Assembly (NCBI RefSeq): GCF_051251125.1
Contig: NZ_JBPCZL010000010.1
Strand: one strand, 5' to 3'
DNA: 24,000 nucleotides
From: Carnimonas bestiolae
GTDB taxonomy: Bacteria > Pseudomonadota > Gammaproteobacteria > Pseudomonadales > Halomonadaceae
Both the position numbers and the translations under genes were made by a program. Positions 1 to 10,174 of the stretch are shown here, piece after piece (within the stretch, counting starts at the first letter, position 1; each line of letters starts with the position of its first letter). Under the pieces are notes generated by a model that was given only the letters and a program-made list of their open reading frames with translations, was not told the DNA's origin and did not search any database.

Positions 1-456
1 AGCGGCAGTTAGTGTCATGATTGTAGCTTGATAGGCGATGGAATGATTGAAATCGTTTCCCTCAGCGATCAAATCATTAACACTCGAGACGAAATCAAAG
101 GCACTACTTACTATTCCAAATTTATCACCAGATTTGTGTAATGCGTTTAGCTCATCGGGAGATAATTTATTGCTGAATAGTTCCGCCGATATATGGGTAA
201 TATTCTTCATATTGTCAAGTGTTTCCGCATCGGCTTTAATTACGACGTTGAGATCACTGTCGTTATTTGAGCCTCCAGAACTACCAGGAGTCCCGCTACC
301 ACTCCCTGGGGAGGCCCCTCCGGAACCGAGGTCTGGCGGAAATATTGTGGGTGCTATTGGTGTAACAATCAGCTGACCGTCTGATCCCACCTCGGATTTT
401 TGCCAGAAGCCACCGCTCGGCATATCAGGAGACATAACGAATTGATAAGTAGCCAT
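1..456 (-). CDS. hypothetical protein, partial (N-terminal 152 codons; ORF continues past the left edge of the window)
   Basis: Manual reverse translation from the ATG at 454-456 stays open for all 152 codons to position 1: MATYQFVMSPDMPSGGFWQKSEVGSDGQLIVTPIAPTIFPPDLGSGGASPGSGSGTPGSSGGSNNDSDLNVVIKADAETLDNMKNITHISAELFSNKLSPDELNALHKSGDKFGIVSSAFDFVSSVNDLIAEGNDFNHSIAYQATIMTLTAA. AGAGG Shine-Dalgarno (complement of 463-467) lies 6 nt upstream of the ATG. It is missing from the ORF track because it has no in-window stop. Low GC (21/60 on line 121-180). No family recognised. Confidence 0.6.
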   Translation of the reverse strand, partial: MATYQFVMSPDMPSGGFWQKSEVGSDGQLIVTPIAPTIFPPDLGSGGASPGSGSGTPGSSGGSNNDSDLNVVIKADAETLDNMKNITHISAELFSNKLSPDELNALHKSGDKFGIVSSAFDFVSSVNDLIAEGNDFNHSIAYQATIMTLTAA

Positions 457-825
457 AAAATTCCTCTTTATTGATTTTTATTGTTTAGGCATTAACAGCT
501 ATGGGGCCTCACGAATCAGATCACTTATACATATGATGTGTAAACTCCATGTACGTCAACATTTTTATTGTTTGGTGCCAAAAAAAATTAATTTATGGGG
601 ATCTGATATTCTGACAAATGCTCTAGTGTATTGTTATCTATAGCGTTTTTAATTATTGATCATGAGGCGCTTGGATGCTCAGTGTCTCACTGTGTAGGTT
701 GCAAACAAGAATGAGCGCGAAAGGTGATGTTGCATCAGACCACGTGTGGGTAGGCGGAACCACGCGGAGCCATATCCGCGGCACGCTAGAGCTGTGATGG
801 GTGTGCGTGGGGCAGTAGGTGCAGC

Positions 826-2913
826 TCACACCACGGCGTATTGGTTGGCTTCTTCGCCCAACCAGCGGCGAATGAGCGGGGCGGCGTGTTCCGGCTGCTG
901 CTGCATCAGCGTTGCACTAAGGCGGTGAACCGGGTCGAGAAGGTCGCGGTCGCGGGTAAGGTCGGCGATCTTCATGCCGAGCAAGCCGGTCTGGCGGGTG
1001 CCGAGCACTTCGCCGGGGCCGCGTAGTTCGAGGTCTTTTTCCGCGATCTTGAAGCCGTCATTGGTATCGCGCATCACGCTGAGGCGTGCGCGGGAGCTGT
1101 CTGACAGCGGCGGATGGTACAGCAGTACGCAGAAGCTTTCGGTATCACCGCGCCCAACGCGACCACGTAGCTGGTGAAGCTGGGCCAGGCCAAGGCGCTC
1201 GGGATTTTCGATAATCATCAAGCTGGCATTGGGCACGTCCACGCCGACTTCGATCACCGTGGTCGCTACCAGCAGATCGATATCGCCCTGCTTGAAGGCG
1301 GCCATTACCTCGCTTTTTTCTTTTGCCTTCATGCGCCCGTGTACCAGCCCCACCGTGAAATCAGGTAGAGCCTCCACCAGCGCTGCATGGGTGGCCTCTG
1401 CGGCCTGGCTCTCTAACACTTCCGACTCTTCGATCAGAGTACATACCCAATAGGCCTGGCGTCCCGAAACGCACGCATGATAAATGCGCTCTACCACCTC
1501 GGCCCGGCGGCCATCGGCAATGGCCACCGTTTTAACAGGGGTACGACCGGGCGGTAGCTCGTTGATAACGGAGAGATCAAGATCGGCGTAGGCACTCATG
1601 GCGAGGGTGCGGGGAATGGGGGTGGCCGTCATCACCAACTGGTGGGGCGTTACGCCCGCGGCTTCGCCTTTTTCACGCAGCGCCAAGCGCTGGTGCACGC
1701 CAAAGCGGTGCTGTTCATCGACAATCGCCAGCGCCAGTCGATGGAAGTGTACGTCCTTCTGGAACAGCGCATGAGTACCGACCACCACTTGGGCACGGCC
1801 GTCGGCAATTGCGGCCTTGGCATCAAGCCGCGGCTTGCCCTTCAGCTTGCCTGCTAGCCATGCCACTTCGATGCCCAGCGGTTCGAACCAGGCGCAGAAA
1901 CTGCGGAAGTGCTGTTCGGCCAGCAGCTCGGTAGGGGCCATAACGGCGGCCTGATAGCCTTGCGCGGTAGCGCGTAACGCGGCGGCGGCCGCTACCACGG
2001 TTTTGCCTGATCCCACATCGCCTTGCACCAAACGCAGCATCGGCACATTGCGCTCTATATCGCGGTCGATCTCCGCTAACACGCGGCGTTGGGCGCCGGT
2101 GAGCGAGAAGGGCAAGGCGGTCAGGAATCGCGCCTGCAGCGCATCGCCGCCGCGCAGCACGGGCGCTCCGTCTTGCTGAATGCGGGCGCGCACTTCCTTG
2201 AGGCTGAGCTGATGTGCCAGTAGCTCCTCGAAGGCCAGCCGCCGTTGGGCAGGATGAGTGCCGGCTGCAAGTTGATCGACCGGCGCATCTGCTGCGGGAT
2301 GGTGCAGCTCGCGTATCGCATCGTGCAGGTGAATGAGTCGAAACTGCTGACGTAGGGCGTCGCTTAATAGCTCGGGTAGTGCGCTGGGGTGTGCATCGAA
2401 TCGCTTGAACGCTTGATCGATCAAGCCGCGTAAGCGCAGCTGAGTAATGCCTTCCGTAGTAGGGTAAATCGGCGTGAGGCGATCCTCGACGGAGTGCGCA
2501 TCGTCCTCGGTGCTAAGTAACCGGTATTCGGGATGATAGATTTCGAGGCCGGTGCTGCCGGTACGGGCCTCTCCAAACAGACGAATGCGCTTGCCACGAG
2601 TGAACTGCTTTAACTGGGCAGGCGCAAAGTGATAGAAGCGCAACGACAAAACACCGCTGCCATCCTTAACGCGCACCAGCAGGCTGCGGCGGCGCCCTTG
2701 AATAATATCTGCAGCGGTAATTTCGCCATCGACGACCGCTTCCTGGCCGGCACGCAGCTCGCCAATGGGGGTAATTCGAGTGCGGTCCTGATAGCGCAGC
2801 GGCAAGTGAAACAGCAGGTCGGAAATTGAGCTGAGCCCCAAGCGCGCCAGCTTGGCGGCCATGGCATCACCGACGCCAGCTAGTGCCGTGATCGCCTCAT
2901 TCAGCGCGCTCAT
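826..2913 (-). CDS. recG: ATP-dependent DNA helicase RecG
   Basis: 695-aa ORF with SF2 helicase motifs GDVGSGKT (Walker A), DEQHRFG (motif II) and QLRGRVGRG (motif VI). Lies 52 bp downstream of oxyR on the same strand, the oxyR-recG arrangement known from Pseudomonas. Confidence 0.95.
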   Translation of the reverse strand: MSALNEAITALAGVGDAMAAKLARLGLSSISDLLFHLPLRYQDRTRITPIGELRAGQEAVVDGEITAADIIQGRRRSLLVRVKDGSGVLSLRFYHFAPAQLKQFTRGKRIRLFGEARTGSTGLEIYHPEYRLLSTEDDAHSVEDRLTPIYPTTEGITQLRLRGLIDQAFKRFDAHPSALPELLSDALRQQFRLIHLHDAIRELHHPAADAPVDQLAAGTHPAQRRLAFEELLAHQLSLKEVRARIQQDGAPVLRGGDALQARFLTALPFSLTGAQRRVLAEIDRDIERNVPMLRLVQGDVGSGKTVVAAAAALRATAQGYQAAVMAPTELLAEQHFRSFCAWFEPLGIEVAWLAGKLKGKPRLDAKAAIADGRAQVVVGTHALFQKDVHFHRLALAIVDEQHRFGVHQRLALREKGEAAGVTPHQLVMTATPIPRTLAMSAYADLDLSVINELPPGRTPVKTVAIADGRRAEVVERIYHACVSGRQAYWVCTLIEESEVLESQAAEATHAALVEALPDFTVGLVHGRMKAKEKSEVMAAFKQGDIDLLVATTVIEVGVDVPNASLMIIENPERLGLAQLHQLRGRVGRGDTESFCVLLYHPPLSDSSRARLSVMRDTNDGFKIAEKDLELRGPGEVLGTRQTGLLGMKIADLTRDRDLLDPVHRLSATLMQQQPEHAAPLIRRWLGEEANQYAVV

Positions 2914-2965
2914 GCGGTTTCCTTGCTGAGGTTAGCGTGATTCATCTATCGCTACGCTGTAGGGC

Positions 2966-3916
2966 TCAGGCCAAACTGTCGGAAGTGGACTTGGCTGGCT
3001 GCTGCGAATCGATATGCAGCTGGCTAGGGTCGATGGCATTGGTAAGCGCATCGATTGCCTTGGGGCGCGGGAAGCTGGCGCGCCACGCAATGGCGACGGA
3101 GCGCGAAGGCTGCGGCCCGCTAAATGGACGTGTTTCGAGCATGCCATCTTCGTAGTGACGGATACCGGTGGCGGAGCGTGGCAGCACGGTAATGCCTAGC
3201 CCAGAGGCCACCATATGACGAATGGTTTCCAGTGAACCGCCCTCGGCGACCAGCCCACCTACTGGCGAATTGATCTGATGGCTAAGTGCGGGGCAGGTTT
3301 CCAATATCTGATCGCGGAAACAGTGGCCTTCGCCCAGCAGCAACAGTCGCTCGTCCAGCAGCCATTCCCGCTCGATCTCTTTCTCTTTCAGCCACTTGTG
3401 CCCTTTGGGCAGCAGTACCTCGAACGGCTCTTCGTAAATCACCTTGGTTAGCACGTCCGGCTCGGTAAAGGGCAGCGCAACAATAATAACGTCGAGTTCG
3501 CCGGAGCGAAGTTTGCGGCGCAGCTCTCCGGTGAAGTTTTCTTCGATATACAGCGGCATCTGTGGTGCTGAATCGGTTAGCGCTGGGACCAAGTGCGGGA
3601 AAAGATAAGGGCCGATGGTGTAGATGGCACCTACGCGCAGCGGGCTGGAGAGCTGATCCTTGCCTTCGTTGGCAAGTTCCTTGATAACGTTGGCCTGTTC
3701 GAGCACCCGCGAGGCCTGGGCGATAATACGCGCCCCCATTGGAGTGACTTGCACGGTAGATTTACTGCGCTCGAACAGTGCGATACCCAGCTCTTCCTCC
3801 AGCTTCTTCACGGCGACAGAAAGCGTGGGCTGGGAGACAAAACAACGTTCGGCAGCGCGGCCAAAATGGCGTTCTTGGGAAAGCGTTACGATGTAGCGAA
3901 GCTCGGTTAACGTCAT
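2966..3916 (-). CDS. oxyR: LysR-family hydrogen-peroxide-sensing regulator OxyR
   Basis: N-terminal LysR HTH (TLTELRYIVTLSQERHFGRAAERCFVSQPTLSVAVKKLEEELG). The segment LLLLGEGHCFRDQILETCP matches the OxyR redox-cysteine pair region (E. coli LLMLEDGHCLRDQAMGFC). Close overall resemblance to Pseudomonas OxyR as I recall it. Position is immediately upstream of recG. Confidence 0.85.
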   Translation of the reverse strand: MTLTELRYIVTLSQERHFGRAAERCFVSQPTLSVAVKKLEEELGIALFERSKSTVQVTPMGARIIAQASRVLEQANVIKELANEGKDQLSSPLRVGAIYTIGPYLFPHLVPALTDSAPQMPLYIEENFTGELRRKLRSGELDVIIVALPFTEPDVLTKVIYEEPFEVLLPKGHKWLKEKEIEREWLLDERLLLLGEGHCFRDQILETCPALSHQINSPVGGLVAEGGSLETIRHMVASGLGITVLPRSATGIRHYEDGMLETRPFSGPQPSRSVAIAWRASFPRPKAIDALTNAIDPSQLHIDSQQPAKSTSDSLA

Positions 3917-4103
3917 CTTCTCTTCCTTTGATTGCTGCCGCGCGGTACCGACCCCTCAAATGCCATCCTCACGTAAGGATCGGTTGGGGCCAACGTAGCA
4001 AAGCGATATCCCGTGCCGAGAACAGTAGGCAAGACACCGTTGCATGGTTCACACTCTGTAGCTAAAAGCGTCTGTTGTCATTCTGTTTGCCAGGGAGAAC
4101 CCA

Positions 4104-4958
4104 ATGGCGTCTCGCACCATCCTGATTGTCGGCTGCGGTGATATTGGCAGCGCACTAGGCTTGCAATTGCAAGCACAAGGCTATCGCGTTATCGGAGCGC
4201 GCCGTGATTCCCGCAGTGTGCCTGCTTCCTTCGAAGCGATACAACTCGACGTTGGCGATAACGCGTCAGTGTCTGCGCTGCCCGATGCCGACGTCCTAGT
4301 ATACGCTATCAGTGCAGATAAATTCGAAGAAAGCGCCTATCAAAGCGCATATTCGCAAGGTTTAGATAATATTTTAAGTGAATTCGAACAGCGCCCTCAG
4401 CCGCCAAGGCAGGTATTGTTCGTATCATCGACGTCTGTTTACGCCCAGTCGAGCGGCGAAGTGGTCGATGAAAGCAGTCCCACTACGCCTTACCGATTTT
4501 CCGGTCAGATCATGTGTCAGGCCGAGCAGCGGCTGATAAACAGCCCCTTGCCTGGCTCGGTGGTGCGGCTTTCCGGTATCTATGGACCGGGGCGTGAGCG
4601 GTTAATCAACCAGGCGCGCGATGGCTATACGGTGCCACAGAACCCGGCGGTCTTCACTAATCGCATCCATCGCGACGATGCTGCCGGTGTGCTGGCCTTC
4701 CTGATCGAACGGTACCAGCAAGGCGATGCCGTGGATGATATCTATCTTGCTTCCGACGACGAGCCGGCCACGCTTTACGAGGTGATGACGTGGCTCGCCC
4801 AGCGCCTTGACGTAACGCCTTCCCAACAACTCGATGCATCTGCGCGGCGGCGCTCTAACAAGCGTTGTTCGAATGCACGGCTGAAAGCACAGGGCTACCG
4901 TTTTCGTTATCCCAGCTTTCGGGAAGGCTATGCTGACGTGCTGGAAAATCTTAAATGA
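4104..4958 (+). CDS. NAD(P)-binding SDR / epimerase-dehydratase-like protein
   Basis: 284-aa ORF with Rossmann motif ILIVGCGDIGSALG at the N-terminus. VFVSSTSVY and LSGIYGPGR segments are typical of extended SDR/epimerase-like proteins. GGGAGAA RBS lies upstream of the ATG. Substrate unknown. Confidence 0.7.
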   Translation: MASRTILIVGCGDIGSALGLQLQAQGYRVIGARRDSRSVPASFEAIQLDVGDNASVSALPDADVLVYAISADKFEESAYQSAYSQGLDNILSEFEQRPQPPRQVLFVSSTSVYAQSSGEVVDESSPTTPYRFSGQIMCQAEQRLINSPLPGSVVRLSGIYGPGRERLINQARDGYTVPQNPAVFTNRIHRDDAAGVLAFLIERYQQGDAVDDIYLASDDEPATLYEVMTWLAQRLDVTPSQQLDASARRRSNKRCSNARLKAQGYRFRYPSFREGYADVLENLK

Positions 4959-5052
4959 AGATAAAAGCCGTAATCTGATTCTTCTCCGATATTTTCGGGA
5001 AAATGCGATGGTTGCGGCCACGTGAGTCAGCAGCAATACGTCAGCAAGCAAT

Positions 5053-5090
5053 GAGCCCCCGCGAAAGTGCGTTTTCGCGGGGGCTCTTGT
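5053..5090. terminator. perfect 14-bp stem hairpin between the convergent SDR-like and ridA genes (likely terminator)
   Basis: GAGCCCCCGCGAAA (5053-5066), loop GTGCGT, then TTTCGCGGGGGCTC (5073-5086), followed by CTTGT on the plus strand. It sits between the 3' ends of two convergent genes. The T-tract is weak on both strands. Confidence 0.55.
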
Positions 5091-5144
5091 CAGGCGGGCC
5101 TGTAAAGGGCGTGGTCAGCTTGAAACGTATTGCGTGGGCAATAA

Positions 5145-5534
5145 TCAGTCGCCGATCACTAGCACGCCTTCGGCTTCTACCTGCGCGCCTTTCGGTAGCG
5201 CTGAAATGCCTACCGCAGCGCGCGCGGGGAAGGGCGCCGAGAAGAATTCTTCCATCACCTTGTTTACCTTCGCAAAATTGCCAAGGTCGGTCATGTAGAT
5301 GTTGAGCTTCACGATCTCACCCAAAGAACCGCCGGCGGCTTTGCAGACCGTGTCCAAATTGGTGAATACCTGACGTGCCTGAGCTTCAACGTCTCCCTCT
5401 ACCAGTTCCATGGTGGCAGGGTCGAGCGGAATCTGGCCCGACAGGTAGATGGTGTTACCTGCTTTAACCGCTTGTGAGTATGGGCCAATGGCCGCAGGTG
5501 CATCGTCGGTTTGGATGACAGCGCGATTGCTCAT
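5145..5534 (-). CDS. ridA: RidA/YjgF-family reactive-intermediate deaminase
   Basis: 129-aa [42 protein letters not shown] and the C-terminal [22 protein letters not shown] are hallmark YjgF/UK114 family sequence. Lies downstream of spoT. Confidence 0.9.
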   Translation of the reverse strand: MSNRAVIQTDDAPAAIGPYSQAVKAGNTIYLSGQIPLDPATMELVEGDVEAQARQVFTNLDTVCKAAGGSLGEIVKLNIYMTDLGNFAKVNKVMEEFFSAPFPARAAVGISALPKGAQVEAEGVLVIGD

Positions 5535-5717
5535 AGGGGATCCTGAATAACGTCGATTGTTTAAGCACTGATTTCACCACATTTGGTGAAGAGTGTCTTT
5601 AGCTTCATCGCGATTGGTCGGCAGGGCATCGACAGAGCGTTGTGGACGCTCGGCTTCTGCCGAAAAGCGATGGGAGATAAGGTGTTCAGCCCGCCCGCGC
5701 GGGGTGCGAGAGAATAT

Positions 5718-7841
5718 TCAGCCTGCGATAACGCGACGCATGCTTTCAAGCTGAGACAAGTTGCGCATGCGTTTCATGATGCGTGCCAGATGCACACGAT
5801 CCCGAACGTCGATCACCAGAGTGATAATGGTCAGGTGGCTGTCGTTTTCTTCGGTGTCGATGCGCTCAATGTCAGCGCCCGCGTCGTCGAGCAAGGCTGC
5901 AATTTGAGCAATCAGCCGCGCGCCGGTTTTGATTTCAAGGCGCAGCGAAGAGGGCAGCGAAACACTTAGATCGTCGGGCCAGTCGATATCGACGCTCTGC
6001 TCACCCTTCGCCAGCAGGCCAATCGCGTTAGCACATTCGCCGCGGTGGATCACCACGCCATCGCCGTGGGTCAGGTGGCCAACAATGCTATCGCCTGGCA
6101 GCGGGAAGCAGCAGCGGGCAAAGCTGATGCTGTTGTTGCCCATATCGATAGTGAGCGGCTGAAGCTTGGGCAGCGGTGCAAGATCACCGCCGCTATCGGT
6201 TCGAATCAGGCGTCTGGCAATGCTATAGGCCGTTTTGGCACCTGCGCCGATCGCATGAAATAGATCGTCGGTGGTTTCGAGGTTCTCGTCGTGCAGCAGC
6301 GCTTCCATCACCCCGGGCGCAAGCTGGTCAATGGAGCTATCAAATACGCCCAGCGACTTGTTGAGCAAGCGCCGACCAAGGCCTACGCAGTCGCTATGCT
6401 GCTGGTGCTTGAGGAAGTGGCGAATAGCAGAACGGGCCTTGGCCGTACCGACAAAACTCAGCCAATTGCGGTTGGGGGTAGCGCCCGGAGCCGTGATGAT
6501 CTCGACGGTTTGACCGCTACTTAACGGCATCGACAGCGAGGCGAGGTGTCGATTAACGCGGCAGGCGATACAGCTATTGCCGATATCGGTATGCACCGCG
6601 TAGGCAAAATCGACCGCTGTCGCATTGCGCGGCAGCTCCATGATTTCACCTTTGGGCGTGAACACGTAGATATCGTCGGGGAACAGGTCGTTTTTGACGT
6701 GTTCGAAAAATTCGAGCGAACTGCCGGCCTGACGCTGCATCTCCAGCAGCCCCTGCACCCACTCGCGCGCACGCTTGTGACTGCCAGAGACGATGCTCTG
6801 ATCGGTATGCCCGGCCTTGTAAAGCCAATGAGCGGCGATGCCATTGTTGGCCATTGCCTCCATGGCACGGGTGCGTATCTGCACCTCGATGGGATAGCCA
6901 TCGACGCCAAATAGCGTGGTATGAAGGCTTTGATAGCCGTTCGATTTGGGGATCGCTATGTAGTCCTTGAAGCGTCCCGGCACCGGCTTATACAGCTGAT
7001 GCACCTTGCCCAGAATGCGATAGCAGTCGTCGACACGGTCAGTAATGATGCGGAAGCCAAACACGTCCATCAAATCATTGAACGATTTGTGCTGGTCACG
7101 CATTTTGCGGTAGATCGACAGCAAATGCTTTTGCCGGCCTGTCAGCGTACCGGGCAGGTCCGCGTTATCGAGCGTTTCCTGCAGACGGTTCTGGATTTGG
7201 CGCACCAGTGAGCGGCGATTACCGCGCGCGTGGGCCACTGCGGAACGAATACGCTCTGCGCGCATGGGATGAATGGCTTGAAAGGCCAAATCCTCAAGCT
7301 CGACACGAATGGTATTGATACCCAATCGATTCGCAATGCGGGCGTATATATCGAGGGTTTCTCGAGCAATGCGGCGCTTCTTGTCGGGGCGCAGCGAGCC
7401 CAGCGTTCGCATATTGTGCAGGCGGTCGGCAAGCTTGACGATGATCACACGGATATCGCGCGACATTGCCAGCACCATCTTTTGCAGATTATCCGCCTGC
7501 GCCACCGCCTTGTCTTCGTAGGCTATCTTGGCAAGCTTCGAGACACCATCGACCAGGTTGGCCACCTCCGCGCCGAATTGCTCTTCGAGCGCTTCACGGG
7601 TAACCGCGGTGTCTTCGATAACGTCGTGCAGCATGGCCGCCATTAGGCTCTGCGGATCCATGTGCATGTTGGCCAGAATATTGGCGACGGCGAGAGGATG
7701 GGTAACGTAAGGCTCGCCCGAGCGCCGACGCTGGCCATCGTGGGCCTGCTCGGCGTAATAATAGGCGCGCCTTACTTGACGGATTTCATCCTTGGAAAGA
7801 TATCCGTCGAGGCGATCAGCAAGATCATCAATTGCGAACAT
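5718..7841 (-). CDS. spoT: bifunctional (p)ppGpp synthetase/hydrolase SpoT
   Basis: 707-aa ORF. Intact HD hydrolase motif (HPLAVANIL ... MLHDVIEDT), RelA/SpoT synthetase core (RFKDYIAIPKSNGYQSLHT) and a TGS/ACT-type C-terminal region. Lies directly downstream of rpoZ, the canonical rpoZ-spoT order. Confidence 0.93.
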   Translation of the reverse strand: MFAIDDLADRLDGYLSKDEIRQVRRAYYYAEQAHDGQRRRSGEPYVTHPLAVANILANMHMDPQSLMAAMLHDVIEDTAVTREALEEQFGAEVANLVDGVSKLAKIAYEDKAVAQADNLQKMVLAMSRDIRVIIVKLADRLHNMRTLGSLRPDKKRRIARETLDIYARIANRLGINTIRVELEDLAFQAIHPMRAERIRSAVAHARGNRRSLVRQIQNRLQETLDNADLPGTLTGRQKHLLSIYRKMRDQHKSFNDLMDVFGFRIITDRVDDCYRILGKVHQLYKPVPGRFKDYIAIPKSNGYQSLHTTLFGVDGYPIEVQIRTRAMEAMANNGIAAHWLYKAGHTDQSIVSGSHKRAREWVQGLLEMQRQAGSSLEFFEHVKNDLFPDDIYVFTPKGEIMELPRNATAVDFAYAVHTDIGNSCIACRVNRHLASLSMPLSSGQTVEIITAPGATPNRNWLSFVGTAKARSAIRHFLKHQQHSDCVGLGRRLLNKSLGVFDSSIDQLAPGVMEALLHDENLETTDDLFHAIGAGAKTAYSIARRLIRTDSGGDLAPLPKLQPLTIDMGNNSISFARCCFPLPGDSIVGHLTHGDGVVIHRGECANAIGLLAKGEQSVDIDWPDDLSVSLPSSLRLEIKTGARLIAQIAALLDDAGADIERIDTEENDSHLTIITLVIDVRDRVHLARIMKRMRNLSQLESMRRVIAG

Positions 7842-7906
7842 GCAGTAGGCTGACCGAGCGCTCGAGCGAAAACCCCCAAGCGCTGTAGAGTGAGTCGATT
7901 AATTGA

Positions 7907-8164
7907 TCACACATCAAATTCGGGCTGTGGCTCTGGGCGAATGCGCGGTGCGGGTGCTTCCACGGGCTCATCCAGAATCGACTTGTCTACCTGACCCGCC
8001 GCGATTTCGCGCAGTGCCATAACGGTGGACTTGTCGTTTTCCCACGCGAGCTCGGGAGTGCGGGAGCCGCGGGCCAGTTGGCGTGAGCGACGGCTCGCGA
8101 TCAACACCAGCTGAAAGCGATTATCGACATTTTCGAGGCAGTCTTCGACGGTAACGCGCGCCAT
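7907..8164 (-). CDS. rpoZ: DNA-directed RNA polymerase subunit omega
   Basis: [30 protein letters not shown] is the conserved omega N-terminus. I place the start at the ATG at 8162-8164 (AGGTGA RBS upstream) rather than the GTG at 8173 used by the track. Confidence 0.93.
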   Translation of the reverse strand: MARVTVEDCLENVDNRFQLVLIASRRSRQLARGSRTPELAWENDKSTVMALREIAAGQVDKSILDEPVEAPAPRIRPEPQPEFDV

Positions 8165-8289
8165 AATTATCACCTGTTGTGGTGTGAATAGATAAAAGCA
8201 GCAGGGCCAGCGTTTGGCCGAATGAAGCCTGCGGCCTTGATTGCCCCTACTTTAAGCGATTCTTCGCTGGAAGAAAAAGGGCAAGGAGT

Positions 8290-9598
<1,309 letters not shown>

Positions 9599-10123
9599 AT
9601 GAAAAAATTTACACTCTCTAGTGTGGCAGTGCTGTTGGGCGCACTTGTTGCTGCCCCCCAGGCCATGGCTGCGGCCGGCATCGTCCATTTCACCGGTGAA
9701 CTGGTGGAATCGGCGTGTAACGTTTCCACTGACTCTCGGGATCAAACCGTCGATATGGGGCGCTGGCCCACTAGCCAGTTCTCAAAAACGGGCTCAGTGA
9801 GCGCCTTCAAGGCGTTCAAGATCAATCTCTCAAACTGTGACGAAGGCAGCTACACCATCCGCTTTGATGGCAGCAGCCCAGCAGGTCGCCCTGATCTTCT
9901 TGCGCTCAAATCAGGTGGTGCAGAAGGCGTGGGCATTGAGCTGCTCGATTTGAGTAACTCGGTATTCCCGATCGCTCAGGAAATCAGCGACCCCGCGCTG
10001 GTGCAGGTCGATGAAAACGGTAACGCCTCTGTCGACGTTAAGGCGCGCTACAAGTCCTATCAGGATGAAGTTAGCGCTGGTCGTGCTGACGCCGATGCGA
10101 CATTCGCTATCGAGTATCGATAA
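9599..10123 (+). CDS. type 1 / Cup-like fimbrial major subunit
   Basis: The start is moved to the ATG at 9599. Signal peptide MKKFTLSSVAVLLGALVAAPQAMA, then GIVHFTGELVESACNV with a second Cys in NLSNCDEG (the conserved pilin disulfide). C-terminal ATFAIEYR strand motif. First gene of a chaperone-usher cluster. Confidence 0.85.
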   Translation: MKKFTLSSVAVLLGALVAAPQAMAAAGIVHFTGELVESACNVSTDSRDQTVDMGRWPTSQFSKTGSVSAFKAFKINLSNCDEGSYTIRFDGSSPAGRPDLLALKSGGAEGVGIELLDLSNSVFPIAQEISDPALVQVDENGNASVDVKARYKSYQDEVSAGRADADATFAIEYR

Positions 10124-10131
10124 GCGCCGCT

Positions 10132-10151
10132 GCCGGAGCTGCGGCTCCGGC
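10132..10151 (+). terminator. intercistronic GC hairpin after the major-subunit gene (candidate partial terminator or mRNA stabiliser)
   Basis: GCCGGAGC (10132-10139), loop TGCG, GCTCCGGC (10144-10151). It starts 9 nt after the subunit stop codon, 24 nt before the chaperone ATG. No strong T-run follows (ATTCCAGTT). Confidence 0.4.
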
Positions 10152-10174
10152 ATTCCAGTTACGGGGGCATATTC

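Noticed and set aside
47-376. 109-aa plus-strand ORF from the track
   Set aside because: It lies entirely antisense to the better-supported minus-strand ORF 1-456, which has an RBS and stays open to the window edge. It has no RBS of its own and a low-complexity, Ser/Leu/Pro-rich translation typical of a shadow frame.
841-2870. Numerous 60-90-aa ORFs inside recG, and similarly inside oxyR, spoT, gmk, the usher, yicC and rph
   Set aside because: These are off-frame or antisense shadows within strongly supported genes. Such long spurious ORFs are expected at about 65% GC.
5561-5969. 62-aa minus and 128-aa plus ORFs around the spoT-ridA spacer
   Set aside because: The plus ORF is antisense to the spoT 3' end. 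The minus ORF overlaps the spoT stop out of frame. Neither has an RBS or family resemblance.
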